64,000 bases of DNA from Moniliella sp. 'wahieum' (lineage: Eukaryota): contig RSEE01000089.1 of the NCBI GenBank assembly GCA_003971905.1, positions 1 through 64,000 of the forward strand, given 5' to 3'. The position numbers and the translations under genes were made by a program. The notes below the pieces were generated by a model that worked only from the letters and a program-made list of their open reading frames with translations, was not told the origin of the DNA and did not search any database. This document shows, in pieces, positions 36,651 to 50,388 of this stretch (within the stretch, counting starts at the first letter, position 1; every line of letters begins with the position of its first letter).

Positions 36651-39191
36651 TTACAGCCTAGCTGCTTTTTCCTGTAGGATGGATGGGAAGGAGTCGGCGA
36701 GGTGGGCGAGGACGTGCATGTCCTCCGTGTCAAGCAAGACGATGGTCAACTTGGCCGCGCCATGCAGACCCGCCATCTTGATCAACTGGAAGAGTCGAGC
36801 GCCAAGCAACTGTTTCGCTTCGTTGAGGGGCAAGAGGAGGAGCGAAGCAATGTACGTCTCGGTCGCAGCCCAAGCCTCGGGAGATGCAGGCTGGTACACA
36901 GGGGCAAACACTCCGGACTGTAGCTTTCTCAGCAGCTCTTGCGAGGGCAGAGAGAGCAGCATGTCCAGCGGCTCCATCGACGGCTCAGACGAGGAACCGA
37001 ACACTTCATCCTCGTCTTCGTCGGTAAGGGAAAGAATGTCGCGTGCCTCTTGTACTTTTTGCGCGAGCACATCACGATTGAACAGGCACAGCGCCTTCTC
37101 CTTCTTGGGCAGGCTGACCAGCAGATCCGTCACGTCCCGCACCATTGTTTCACTGGGTAGGTTAAACGAGCGGACAGAGACCAAGAGCCTGTCGCGCTCG
37201 CTCATCGCTGGCCCCGGGACCGGGAAGGATAAGCCCACATTCCCATCAACCAGGGTTGCGTCAGGGTCGCGACCCGAGTCGGTCGAGGCCGATCCTGGGG
37301 TCAAGCTCCGAGTCTGTTGAGACGCCGAAACGCCCAACGGAATGCCCCCGAAAGAACCCCTGCATGGGAAAGGTTCATGCCCACCGTGTTGGCATGGCGC
37401 AGGGCATGTTCGAGGAGCAGAGCCGGATTGTCCAGGGCTTCGACGGCTTCGGATAGAGGGATCTTAGCCACCATCTCCTCGACAATCTGCTGTACTTCTT
37501 CATCGGTCCAGTTCACTCTCTCGGGTTGGGCAGGCTCATCTTTCCCTCCATGTGCGGCACGGGCCAGCAACGCCTGCCGCCGCGCCTGGGCCTCTTCGAG
37601 CGTTTCTGTATGATAGACTCCTTCCTCTGCTGCGATAGCATCAAACCCAGGCAACTTCTTCAGCCGTCGCGCCAACAGTCCTGCCAACACTTCGTTTCGC
37701 ACCGAAGCACTGAGGGAGGCCAATTGGGGGAAAGTGTACTTTTCCCCGCGCAAGTCGGCCTCCATGGCGTCACGAAAGTACGAGTTGGACTTTTGCGCTG
37801 GAGGGTGGGTTTGCGTTTGCAGGGGCAGACCCGTTGCTTCGACAGCTGCATCAGTAGGCTGGGGAGAGAGGAGGAAAGGTGATCCAGTGGACACGGATCC
37901 GGACCGGGCTAGTTTCTCTTGTCGCGGTACCTTGGGTTGATGGAGTCGGACCGTGATGGGTTGACCATCGAGTCGGCTTCGATCCATGTGTCGCAACGCT
38001 TCGGCAGCTTCGTCAGTGTTTGTAGCTAACAAACCCAAACTGACGACTGTTCCCATCATCGTCGCGCATCACCCGAGCTGAGACCACATCGCCAAAAGGC
38101 ACAAAGGCACGGTAGAGTATGCTGCTGTTGACCGTGGGGGAGAGGTGCTTGATGAACAAATTGCACGGGTCGATCAACTTGGTTCGAGGCGGCGAGAGGG
38201 GCGTCGCGGGCAACGAAGCGTAGCCCCTTCCAAACTCATACATAAGGGGGAAAGGGGGCTAGTGACAAGTCCCGACGGAGAAGGCGAGGGGGGGGAAGCA
38301 AACACGCTTGCCTGCGCGCAGAAGGGGGAATGGTCAACTTGGGCACAAAGAGGAGCGGTGGCGCGAATATGGTGCGGGGTTCGGTTGGCCGTGTCGATGG
38401 TGACGCTAATGGTGTTACCTCCTACATTGGAGCAGTGAAGAGCTCGTTCAGCGACCTTGGCATCCTCTTCGAGATAAAACTCGACGGGGCCGCTCCGCTG
38501 AACCGATGCAATTGCCCCGACGGGCCATTGCCGAGATCAACCCCCCTTGTACACTGGTCCAAAGGGGCGTACGAGACGAAATAGATCCGCTTCTGTGGTT
38601 TGAGGGGGCAACTGGTTGATCAAGCGTCGCTTACTGTTGGAAACAGGCTCAGGTGTGCCTCCCCCGGGGGCATAGATGGAGAGCACGGGCGAATCAATGG
38701 TTGCGTACGCCAGCTCGGCTAATGGATGTCATCATCAAGTCAGTTATAGGCACCCTTATTAAAACGGAGAGCATAAAGAAAAACGACGACGCACCGTTGG
38801 AAAGACAAGAAAACTGGACCGTGCCAGTAGCCATATTGGGATTGACCAAGTCGTCCAGCACAAACTTGACAGGGAGGCAGTGATTAAACACCTCTCGCGC
38901 CAGCAGACTCTTGGTCACGTTGATGCCCAAATGAGACATGTACAGACGCGGCTCAGTCAGGTGGGGGTTGGGCGGCCAGGACTCGTCAGGAGCAGGCGAA
39001 GAGGCAGCCGCTTCGGATGCGGAGACAGCCTTGACACTGCTGGCCCTGCCAGGGGAGGGAGAGGAGCTGCTATTGGTGGGGAGCCAGTCAGCCATTGTGG
39101 AAGCAAGCTGGTCGCTTTGAGGGGAGGAATGCTGGCCCGCGGCAGCGGAGGCGTACGAGGCGGGCGCATGGCGGGAGGCCGTAGACGCCAT
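36651..39191 (-). CDS. rrm4: Rrm4-type endosomal mRNA transport protein (3 RRM + MLLE/PABC domains)
   Basis: RRM1 PRLYMSHL..LPVK..GTVQF; intron 38719-38794; RRM2 RRLINQLP..LVRPFGP..VEFY..LHCSNVGGNTISVTIDTA; RRM3 IDPCNLFIKHL..VSARVMRDDDGNSRQFGFVSY; C-terminal MLLE KQLLGARLFQLIKMAGLHGAAKLTIVLLDTEDMHVLAHL. Confidence 0.88.
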
Positions 39192-40668
39192 GACTGCAAT
39201 TGCGAGCAGGTGGTGGAGGTGGTGGGACAGGAGAGAGCTATTAAGAGGGGTGGAAAGGGGTCAGCACCAGGATCTGTGGCCAAGAAAGTCAGCGCTGAAG
39301 GGAGCTAGGAGAGGATCGCCTTGGCCAGGAGCTTAACACCCCACACCGCCACGCTCTGCGCCACCGGAGTGGATGATCATCGATGGTTTGAGGGTGAACG
39401 TGGTAAACCCCTCTCTCACACCCTTATATCCCTGCAGTTCTCTTTGGGGAATTAATTAACCCCTCTGCGATGGATATAGGATACTTATATAGCTCTGTAG
39501 TCTGTATGAACACATCTGCGTCAATTACCTCGCCGCATATCGCTAGCCCCTGCCTCCTTGCTATATGCTCCTTGATCGTGAGCTTATCTTTTTGTTGGCG
39601 TTAGTGCCCCACATTTTGCCGGCATACACTCTGCCAACAGCACTACCTCGTCTCGGGCAACGCCGCAGCCCAACAAAGTTGCCACTTTACACGGTGTTGA
39701 GATGGCTACGACCGCAGTATAGCTTTAGTATTCAGCGTAGCATAATGACATGCAGGTGACCGGTGACCCAAGTGTCTTTATCTTCTTTGGGGGGGATGTT
39801 GGAGTAGCGGCATTCGAGGGGTCCATGACATATAATAAGATGCGCAATACAGTAGATAGAAAACAGGGACCTCAAGGGGGTATGGGGCGATCGAGAAACG
39901 TTTCGGCGTCCCTGTTTTGATGCCCACCAATCACACTCAGTACTCACCGTTTTCGACGGTACACGGGACTAATCTTGCATTCCTCTCCTCCAGTGCCTCA
40001 GTCAGCGCGGTTCTACCGTTTATATATGGTTTTGCGTGCCAACCGCAGAGAGCCTTCGATATACTATCGTGAGCTTCTTTCCATGCCTATTTTCCTTGTC
40101 GGTGGCCTTTGCACGTAAAAGGCGTTCATTCACCACTCTCGTTTGTTGTGTTGTAGAGACGATAACTTCCCTAGACAGAGCCTATGCGACCCTTGCACTA
40201 GGTCACTGGTAGCTCTGTGAACGCGGCTGCGCACTTCCTTCAGTTAGTGCTCCTGTGGTCGCTTTCTCCTCCGTTATCTCTCTCTCCACGACTGACACCG
40301 CTCCCACTCGAAACTTCATTTAGCCTCGTGTTCGTGTTGATTAGCAGCTCCCTAGCTTTCAGTCAGTCGGGGCCATCTGATTCTGGCCAGTTTGCAAGTC
40401 GCCTGCTTGATCTGTAGTGCACGCACTATAAGAGCGATATATCTGTTACAACACAAGGCCTCCTTGAGGGATAAAATTGTAGGAAGCAGCAGGACAGAGA
40501 TACACGTGATACAAAGAGAAGTGAAGTCGCAAGGCTTCCCCGACCAAAGGGTGACAATATGCTGAGGAAACCAAGGAAATAGATGGGCTGAGGGTTGGTA
40601 TGCCCTGTACACCTACGCCTCCAAGCAGGAGAGTGTGGGCAACAAGGTCATGCGGAGGGTGGGTTGGT

Positions 40669-42134
40669 TTAAGGTTCAGGCACAAGGGGGTGCTTGTGGA
40701 CTGCTCCGTCCCGATGGCATCCCGCCTGAGCCACGAGCCAAGCACGGGCTTTTTGCACCCCATCCATCCTTGAAGGGAAGGAGTGACCGGGGAGGGAAGC
40801 GATGGGTCGTGCACGTTTGGCCGGCGGTTCGGGATCGGGATCTGAACCGTGTTTGGGCTCGGAAGCAAGCGTTTGGATCACGTGTGCCATCTCAGGTGCG
40901 ATCAAATCAAATGGTGAGTCACTGGCACGCGCAGTGCTAGGTGAAACGGGGTAGTTGGGCAGGGCAAAGCCCGGGTCCAAGTTGAATTCCTTGTCAAGCG
41001 ACGGATCTTTCGTACCTACAACGGGGTCGCCTTGTGGTGGTGCGAAAGCTGCAATAGATATTTTTTCAAGGTTAGTATATTGTTTCAGGAATAGAACAAA
41101 TAGTTTAGAGGGTGTATTGCGGAGTGCTTACCTTGATCTGATCCGCGTCGCAACACCCCGCTTTGTACCATAACTTCTGACAAACGACGAATACAACCGA
41201 CGAGCACTCTAAGCATTTGGAACATATCCCCAATATCGCGCACGGAAGCGATACCTCCTTCCTCGGCATTGAGTAGCTCGGGATGGGCTTGGATCGCCTG
41301 CATGCGTTCTTGCACCCGGACAAGCCAGGCAGCGTCAAATGAGTTTTGAGGAGGGATGTGGCCGAGGAGAAGGAGACACATGTATCCGCTGGTGGCAGTT
41401 TGGGACGAAGACCATGCTTGTCCTCTAGCTGGACATCTTCCGGAGAGTCAGGTCGGCGAGGGTAGCGCAAGAACTCGATTTGGAGTGTGCGGAAGATTCG
41501 GAAGAGGAGAGTTTGAATCGTCAATTCGACCGGCCGCGTCGTGGCTTCGATACGGTGGAAGAAGGTGTTCATATCATGCGGCGGCATAGGTTCTGACGGT
41601 GCCAGCATCGGATCTTGAACGGTATGCAGCATCGGAGAGCGGGGCGGACGATGCAGGAGAAGGGCTGTCTTCCAGTGAGGCACGATTCATCATCTCCGAT
41701 ACGGATTCTATCCGTGAGCCCTTGGGGGAAGAAGGCTTGTGGTAGAGGGAAAAGGTGGAGACGGGAGGCAGTAGGTGACGGTCGCCAATGCGGCGGGGCA
41801 ACCTGTCAGAGGCAGGACGGGGTACAGAAGAGCGACGCGACGGTAGGAGCGACGTGTTGGGTGTTGACGAAGGAGCCATGTCCATGGAGAAGGTGCTACC
41901 CCGTTTGCGGATCGGGCGTGGGCCGGTGGCAGTGGAGGGGACAGTATTGTAGGTGCTCCTCAGTGATGGCGGGGGGTAGGGCCCGACGGATTGCTGCCTA
42001 CGTTTGAGGGAGGGTGGGCTGCGGACGCGGGGGCATTGGGCAGGTGGAGCAGGCGGTGTGACTGGGTGAGCCGCCCTGAGCAGTGTCGTGCAAAGAGTAG
42101 CAGCTAGGCTGGGCGTGGAAAACTTGTCCGCCAT
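40669..42134 (-). CDS. Hypothetical protein (Pro/Ser-rich N-terminal half, helical central domain)
   Basis: ATG at 42134; overlapping coding-like ORFs; canonical intron 41049-41131 (GTAAGC..ACTAAC..CAG); NLS-like PPAKRAR. Confidence 0.6.
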
Positions 42135-45100
42135 GCGCTGCGGGAGGGAGGCAGGGGGGCTGGAGGGGGAAATATGCTGGATCGCACATGAGGTGGCGGT
42201 CTGGTGTGAGGATGGTGGTGGCCGGGAGGGAAGGGGACATGGGGTCTGGTGCGAGATGAAGGATACATATGCTTGAGGGGGGAGGGTCATGTCATCCGTC
42301 ATTAGGCATGAAGCTCGAAGAAGCATTAGGATCAGTATCATGTACTGGCTAGCCAACAGCTTCAGCCAGCGCCCTCGGCCGTACGAACAGGCCATTTCTA
42401 TAGGGGCGCGCGCGACCTACCGCACAGCGGCAGCATGTGCGGGCCGTCTATTAGACATGGTGCATTATGTAGCGAAGACCTTGCCACGGCGGGCCATTCC
42501 GGGAAGACAGCCGGGAGGCACAGTTGGCCGCATCGCGGGCGTCGCGCATACGGACGGCAACCAGCGCTGCTTACGCGCGTACGCATTGCGCTCCTTGGGA
42601 GGGGCGCAGCCGTACCAGGCCATACCCGTACGGCGCGTACCGGCGCGTATCCCAGGAGGTGTCAGGGTGGGTTGATCGTGGGTGGACAAAAAAATATGAA
42701 TGCCCATCGCCGTTGATCGGTGATCAGCGATCACGCGCACGTACTAGCCATGTCCGCGGACCTGATGCCCACGGCCTCACAGCGCTGGAAGGCTTCTATC
42801 ACAATTGGCACCACCTTGGTATCCAATTGTGGCACCAGCACTCAGCTGCCTCAGCGCCCCAGCGCCTCCCCTCCAATTCTGCCGGTATCCGCGATATCCC
42901 CTACAGGGTGGATATCATCTTCTCTGACGTCGAGAAGGGGTGGGCATATGTAGTCGCCGTTCGGGCAGTGACTAGCGACGCGTGACGAGCGAGTGATGCA
43001 TGACGGTGACTAGGTGACTCTGCAAGTGACCGGTGAGTGCCGGTGATCCGGCCGGTGACCCGGGACCACGACGCCGATCATCGATCAATCTGCAAGAATT
43101 AATGATCGTAATCCCTACCGACTAATACACACGCTCAATTTCAACCAACGCTTAGCGCTTAGGCTAAGTGCTAAGCCTTAGCGCTAAGCGCTAAAAAATG
43201 AATTAATAATTAAATTTTATTTTTATTTTCGCGATCATCGATCATTCATCACTGATCGTGCTGGTGTACGCGTTGTTTGTGTACTGATGTACTTGTGTAC
43301 CTGTGGGGGAACCCTCGATCATCGATCACGGAACCAGTGTCACATGTTACGTTCCCTCACCCGCCTGAGGCCTTGGACCAGGCACCAAGGCCTCATGAGT
43401 TCTGAGATCTCCCTATTTGCTACTGTAGAGGGGAGGAAAAAAAGGTGGGTCCCGGTCATGCAGGTCACCGGTCATGCAGCTCATCAAATTCATTTCTACT
43501 TGACAAAAAAAATGGGAAACGCGTCTGCCACTACTGACAGTGACGACGTAAGGCTCACCAGTGCGAACTCTCAGCGCGGCCAGCCCAGGATATCGGCGAT
43601 ATGATTTTGCCTCTCCACTGGCGTGGAACGATGGAACGGTGGCAAAGGTGGCGAGCAGGCGGAGGGGAAGCCCCAGTAAACCGGGCCGTAGGCACGGTGT
43701 GGTCCCCTAGTGCCGACTGCACTTTGTTGTGGTTATAGACAAAGAAGCTTTTTCAGCTCCCCACAGGCTAGTCTCTCTACCCTCCCAGCTCTCACATCCC
43801 CTTTTTCTCGGTCTTTACGCGGTCTCTAATATAGTATTCGTTTCCCTCCAAACGCGGGCTTGCTGTGACAACCGTTATTGATGCCTTCTCGCACATTTCC
43901 CTCTTTGCCTTATTGCCCGGCGGCTGTGGTGCTATCATAGTCCCGTGGGTCACTAGCTGCATTGTTGCACTCGTGTGCACTCTCTTCTCAATTTTCTCAC
44001 ATTCTCAGAGATGATCACATCTCCTCCTTCAGCTTCATGCTTCACGCGTACGCGCCACGTATCACTATATTGACCCTATCTATCCTATCTCCAATGCTCA
44101 TTGCGCTCAGTGCTTCAGTGCGCTCAGTGCTCGGTGAGCAGTGCTCAGGGCTCAGTGCTCAGTACCCAGTAACTCAGTACACATGCTCACGGTGCACAGA
44201 CAAAACCATACATACGGTTCTAGTTCCTTTCCCGAAAGACCTCTCTAAAGGTCCCAGCTTCACCTAGTATATACGCACAAACGTAGCAGAGCCTATGGAG
44301 AAAAGTGGAGAGTGCGGGGTAAACCGGTAACCATTAACCGGTAGCCGGTAATTCGGGTAAGCACAACGCTATAATCGACAAAGGACCCTACTGTGTTAAT
44401 GTTATACCACCGTCCCAACAGGTAACAGTACTATGTGTAGTCAGTCACTCGCCGTCACTAGTCACTGTCACTGTCATGTCATTCGAATATCTTGAGTGCT
44501 GAGCCTCAGCGCTGTGAGGTTTGAGGCCTGGGGCCTGAGGCCAGGCAACCACGTTACGTTCACTGTTTACAATAGTCATTTATTCAGAAAATGAGTCCGC
44601 GAGAGGATAGCGTGAAAAGGGCAGTGGATAACTGGTTGTTGTGTTATCAAAATAACCAGTGGGACCGTTACTGATGGATGTTTTGCCTACTACTCAGGGG
44701 TAGATGACAGGCGGTAGATATATAGTGGCAGGGAGATAGGTTGATGGTGGGGAAGATAGAGCACGTAAAGCTTAAAGCCTTCTTCAGCTACAAAAGTATA
44801 TAGGCGTTACATGCTATGTATCCATCCGGCTTGAGATCTAAGATCCTTCGAGAGCTTGAAGCTTGATAATCGATAACCGGTAACCTTGAAGCTTGAAGTT
44901 CAAGCTTGAGATCTGAGGGTCCATCGGAAGAAGCGAAAAGAGCGTGTCATCCTGCCAACATTAAATGATGTCAAGGCCCACGATGACTCGATGACACGCA
45001 TACGCCGGACTAACTGAGCCTGAGCGCACAAGTTTATATGTACAACGCGTCGGGTCATAGTGAACTTTTGGATGTCTGATGGTAACAGCACGGTACATGT

Positions 45101-45700
45101 GGCAACTTGTAGCGACGTCTTCTTCACTCTCCTATGGAGACCTCAATGGATGCTGAGGCGCTGAGGGCGCTGAGGCTAGTAGTGAAGCAAAGATGGATAG
45201 GATAGTTGCGTAGGCGATCGATTGCGAGGGCGAAAGATGAGCGCTCAAGCTGATCATTGGTAGTCGGAGGCAGCTACATAGAGGAGAAAATTATTGGTCG
45301 CTGAGCTGAGGCGCTGAGGCTTAGCGCTCACCGTGAGCGGCCACCAGTCTCTGCTCCCTAGTCACTGGCTCGGATATTTACGTGACGCGTATCCACGCGC
45401 TCGCCGCATCAAATGCCGCATTGGATCCCATGTCACATGTCACATGTCACAGTTGGCGCAGTCTCCGCGGAGTCCCGGGGGTTAGTCACTACTCAGCTAA
45501 TCACTCTCGTCACTAGTCACGTACTAGTCACTACGCCACTTCGCTATAGTCACTAATGACCAATGAGATCGATGAAAGACCAACAGAAAAGTGCTCCGCG
45601 AGAGCCTGCTCGCTCAGGCCATTCCAGACCGGTTCCTTATAAAAACGGTGCTAAGATGTTCCTGGTAACCGCAATGCTATATCCAGTCGTCCATGTCTCT

Positions 45701-45860
45701 ATGCTAACCATATCATTGACAGATCTCTCGTCTGCATCCATATCATTGACAGAGCTTAAGGCTGGGACAAAGAAGCGCAACGCCTAAACCGACCCGTTCA
45801 TCTTGCGTGTGCTGCTTGGTAGCGCCAACCCCGCTTAAGGAACCAGTAGGGGAATCGCCA
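45701..45860. repeat. Dispersed coding-like repeat, copy 2, with internal 30-bp-spaced duplication
   Basis: Matches 18468-18625. CCATATCATTGACAGA occurs at 45708 and 45738. Confidence 0.7.
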
Positions 45861-47135
45861 GGAGATCAGGACCCTCTGGTACCCGCCATCCGTTCCCATA
45901 CCCGAGATAACAGCGCGTGTGGATACAGATGAACATGGTAGACATCCGAGGAGTGGTGAACCACAGCTCCATTGAGACTCTGTATAGTCAAAGACTGGTA
46001 TAAAAATGAACATGGTCAGTCGTCCATTTGCTTCTAATACCGACTGTGTATAATACCATTCCAGCATCTTCTTCATATCGTGAGCTCCATGTGGTCTTCG
46101 ATCCTGCTGCTGAGAGACGGGAATGGAAACACCCCCGGACATATCACAACTGTGATTTTATCTCTGTGTTTTACCGGTTACCGGGGCTCCGAGGGCCGTC
46201 AACGATCACCAAAGATCACCAAGATCACCTCTCTAAGCCATACTGATAGACTTGGTCTTCTCATCCAGGAATCGACCGCGCTGAGAGGCTGAGCGCTGCG
46301 CTGAGTGCGCTGAGTCCGGATTCGATCATGTGTTGTTCGATCTGGCCCCAGACCAGTATGGGGCCCAACGCCATGATGCATGATCCCTCGATCCCTGCCT
46401 CTTCTTTTCTCTGCTGGGCCTATAGTCCCACATCCTGTCTTGAAAAACTGCCACTGCATTCATCAGCTTTGCGATCCAACAGACACGCTGTGGGAGACGT
46501 ATAGGCGAATAATACCAGTGTGCAGTGCCGTAGAAACCTTTTGCTTTGTGCGATGTATATGGTGCTGACTGTGCACGGGTGAAGCCGGTGAAGAGCGAAG
46601 CTCCATCTACTGCAGGAAGAGGCTGAGGGGCGGACCAGATGAGTATACTGAAGGAGGCGGTGGGGTTTGCTTTCTTGAAAGTGCCGGATTGAAGCTGTAC
46701 TAATGAGATGTGAGCGTGAGCTGTTGTGGGGCGGTTACATTTTATTTTGGCGTGTGTGTAAACAAAAACGCGGCTGGGCTCTCCGCCGAGCGGGTGTACT
46801 TTAGAGTCTCTCGGGCGCTGGCGAGCTTGATGAGCTTGATGGAACTGGTAAAATGAGAGGAATTGTGGGGTTTTTATTAGGCCGAGGCTGAGCGCGGCGA
46901 AGGCTTAATTCTGAGACCGGGAGGCACTGCTGGGGCAGGCACAGCGCCAGTCTGCGTCCGCTCGCATACTGATGCGCGCTGGCCAGTGGCCTCGTGCTGG
47001 TGAATTCACCACTCCACCATGGAAGGCCGGTGGGCTGCGAAAACTTTCTTGTCTCCCTGAGGCCTGACCCCACTCTCTGCAACCACTCATCGTCCATCAT
47101 CGACATCATCAACCGCCCCAGGGCTCCATCGTCTT

Positions 47136-48520
47136 ATGCCCTGCTGGTCCTACACCGTTGTTGCGGGCCTCGTTGGTCTGACTGGCGCAACCACCGTTGC
47201 CGCTGTCCAGGCCGGCTTCACCAACAGCACCATCACCCTCTCCGACGCTACTGGCTCTGGCACCGCGTCCTCCCTCTCCCAACATGGTGTCGCCCCCAAT
47301 GGCTGGGCGTGGGACTTGTCTGCCCCCGTGTCCGTCTCCAGGCGGGGTATGATTCGACGTGCTGCCAATCATTCGGCTGAAGACTGGGTCAAGGAAAACC
47401 TCAACCTGTACAATGGCCGGTTTGCTGCCAACCCCGACAACCTGCTCTTCACCTCCGATCCAGCCAGCTCCAGCTCGGGGAACAGTAGCCAAGTCCTTCT
47501 GTCACCTATGGCGCCAATTCGTACGGCCTTCACTCTAATCCACCCGGTGGCACCGCATTCTACCCTCAGCCTTTCCTTAGCAATACGAGTGGTATATCAA
47601 ATACCACACGCCCTACCTGGTGGCCTCACACACCGCAGGGCAAACCAACGCATCCGATACATCGCGTCCCCAACTCGCGCTTACTACTCTGTCTACTTTC
47701 CCCCGGATTTTGATTTTGTCCAGGGCGGTAAGTTGCCCGGCTTGTATTCATCTGTCGGTGCGATCAGCCTTTCCTCCATCAATGCCTCCACCTCGAGCTG
47801 TGAGGGGGGGTCCCTTGATGGTACCGGTACCTCTTGTTGGTCCGCTCGAGTGATGTGGCGCGCAGGTGGCCAAGGGGAGATCTACGTTTACATCCCACAA
47901 CACTTGAGTGGGGGTACAAGCTTTGCCCCCAAAAAGCACGGCCAAAGGCACCAGCATCATTTGCAATTCGGACTATGGCATCTCTCTGGGGCGGGGCTCC
48001 TTTACTTTCCAGAAGGGTAGCTGGACCAACCTTGCGCTCTACGTCCAGATCAACCAACCGAATGTTGCCAATGGAGTCATTGAGCTCTATGTCAACGGCG
48101 CCTCCGCTCCAGCAGCTTCACTCAGTGGTGTCGCCTTTCGCACCGCCACTGTCAATGCCGGATCGACAACCCCATCCAACCATATGGCCTCCCATGTACG
48201 CCGAGACGATTGGGACACTAATGGCCAAACATGGGTGGACAAGATCATGTTTACTTCATTCTTTGGTGGATCTTCATCAGATTGGGCGACGCCCACTGCA
48301 ACCCAAACCTATTTTAAAGATGTCGCAGTAAGTACAGTACCTTTTACGCCTTTAACCCTTGAGATCCTTTCGCTGACCTTCTAAGCTGTTTGCGGGAGAG
48401 GCTTTCTCCTCTGCTGAAGGCAAATCCTTCACTCCTAGCCCAGCTCCTCGCCTGATCAGCACTTCCTCCGTTTGGATCAACCTACTCATTGTGACGATGG
48501 CGGTGGGAATCCTACTCTAA
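47136..48520 (+). CDS. Polysaccharide lyase family 14 protein, secreted, with GPI-anchor-like tail
   Basis: Signal peptide; YYSVYFPPDFDFVQGGKLPGLY; SARVMWRAGGQGEIYVY; GISLGRGSFTF; SFFGGSSSDWATP. Intron from 48328; last exon ends ..SSVWINLLIVTMAVGILL*. Confidence 0.88.
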
Positions 48521-48605
48521 ACCCCTGCTTCCATGTGGTCCATTCAACTTTCATACCCTTCTTGCTCTCCTGCTGCATCATCTCTTATCCATGAAGGACG
48601 TTGTC

Positions 48606-50388
48606 CTACCCATCTGTGACAAACAAGAGGATGCGGTAGATTGATGGCGATGATGTACATTTGTAGGAGCTTGCCCAATTGGCAGCAAATGTTGAAGTAG
48701 ACCACCAATGTTCACTTATTGCTTTCACTCCGGCTTGCGTTGCCTCCGCTTTCGTTTCGTCTTCGCTTTCGCTTTCGCTTTCGCTTTGACTCTCCTCGCT
48801 CTCCCACCCCACTGCGCCCTCGAGAATGAGGGCAACTCGACGAGGCGTGCCCCCTTGGCCTAACAGGCCTGATTCCGAAAGCGGTAGAGCCAAAATCTCT
48901 TCCGAGGGACGTACGATCCTCCTTGGGTAATCCGTAACCAAGGTGAACTTATACTCAGGTCGCATCTGAGCCAACTCTGTCTCCTCAAACTCTGTTCCCT
49001 CGTCGCTTTCAGGGAGAGGCGAAGCCAACTCGATTGCCGCAAAAGGGCCTCCGCCTTACTTTCGGGAGCGAGGTGCAAGGTTGTCCTTGCCCCCGAGGGC
49101 AACCGAATGACAAACTCCACCTTGCTCCCCGGGGCAGGAACCGAGTTCCTCCCACCAGCACGTCCGAATGCTCCTGTCCCTCGGCCTCTTGGCCGCCCAC
49201 ATTCTCCAAGCCACATACCGCGCCTTGAGTTGAACCTGGGCTTGTCGTTTGGTTTCCTCTTCCTTTTCCTTTTGTTCGACCAAGTGGGCCTCGGCACGTT
49301 TAGCCGCGATCCGATCCGCGTCCCGCTGGGCTGCACGAGCATAGGCCTCCTCTGTTCGATGCGCCACTCGCGTTCGACCTGCTTGCCCGTTCCTCATCTT
49401 GTAGTGAGGTGAGGAAAGGCAAAACACGGGGCAAGACGACTTGCTCCAGTTGGGTGGTCAACTGAGCTACGCTCACCCCATCTCCCGCTGGCGCGAAATC
49501 ACCGAGAGACGAACCCTCCCCCCTGGCCCGCCGGCTGGGAAGCTACAAAGGCCACAAAGGATAGTCGTTCGCATGAAGAATACGAGCGACCTGGACAGCC
49601 TCCTTGCCTGCCGATACGTCGCCAGCCCAGAGAAGCACATTATGCTGGTGCAGGAGTTCATCCAACTGCGGGTTGAGCAGTGTCGTGCGCAAATACTCCT
49701 TTGCCGCATCATCATCTTGCCCCGAGTCGAGTGCAATGGCCAGCACTTGGTGCCCGCTCTTGGCTCGTGCGACGGCCTGCTCATATGGAATAGAGAGCAA
49801 GGCCGTAGGTATGCGCAGGTCCGTTTTGGGTCCTGCACTCGCATGACGCGGAGTTAGTTCTGCCGTCGTCTCCAGTGCCGTCGAAGTACCCGAAACTGGT
49901 TCAGGCGGAGCAAACTCGCCCCAGTCACAAAACGTCTGTAAACGTTCGCGGTATCGTGCCGCCGCCAGGCCGGATCCGCCGTACCCATGACCCATCCAGA
50001 TCGCGAAGGAGGGGGGAAGAAAACGAAGGCAACAGCGCACGGAGCGGTAGCCAGCGCGAGAGGAAGAGCAGTAGCGCCTGGAGCAGTTGCCAGGGCTTGG
50101 AGAGCACCATGGTCAGACCACCGGGACCAGTGGGGAAGGATTGAGACGAGGACGAGGACGGGGGGTAGGCATGAGGGCGGGCACGGCGTGGGCGCTCCGA
50201 GGGAGGGGTGGGCAAAGGGGGTTGGCCATTGAGCCTCTGCTCAGCTCCGACGCTGTCTAGGACCATGGCGCGCGCCGCACGGACGTTTCCGCCTGTAACG
50301 CGAGCAGAACATCGAGGGCGTCGTCGTCCGGCTGGCTGGAGGGCGGCAGAACAGTGGCGAGCTCAGCGCGGAGAGCAGCGGCCGACAT
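48606..50388 (-). CDS. UBX-domain Cdc48/p97 adaptor (UAS + coiled coil + UBX; FAF2/Ubx2/Ubx3-like)
   Basis: Hydrophobic hairpin LLQALLLFL; UAS PYEQAVARAK..VLLWAGDV..EAVQVARILHANDYP; charged coil; UBX VIRLPSGAR..YKFTLVTDYPRR. Confidence 0.85.

Noticed and set aside
43150..43195. Telomere-like TTAGG/CTAAG repeats
   Set aside because: Orientation is mixed and it fits the TNA-palindrome grammar, not a tandem TTAGGG tract
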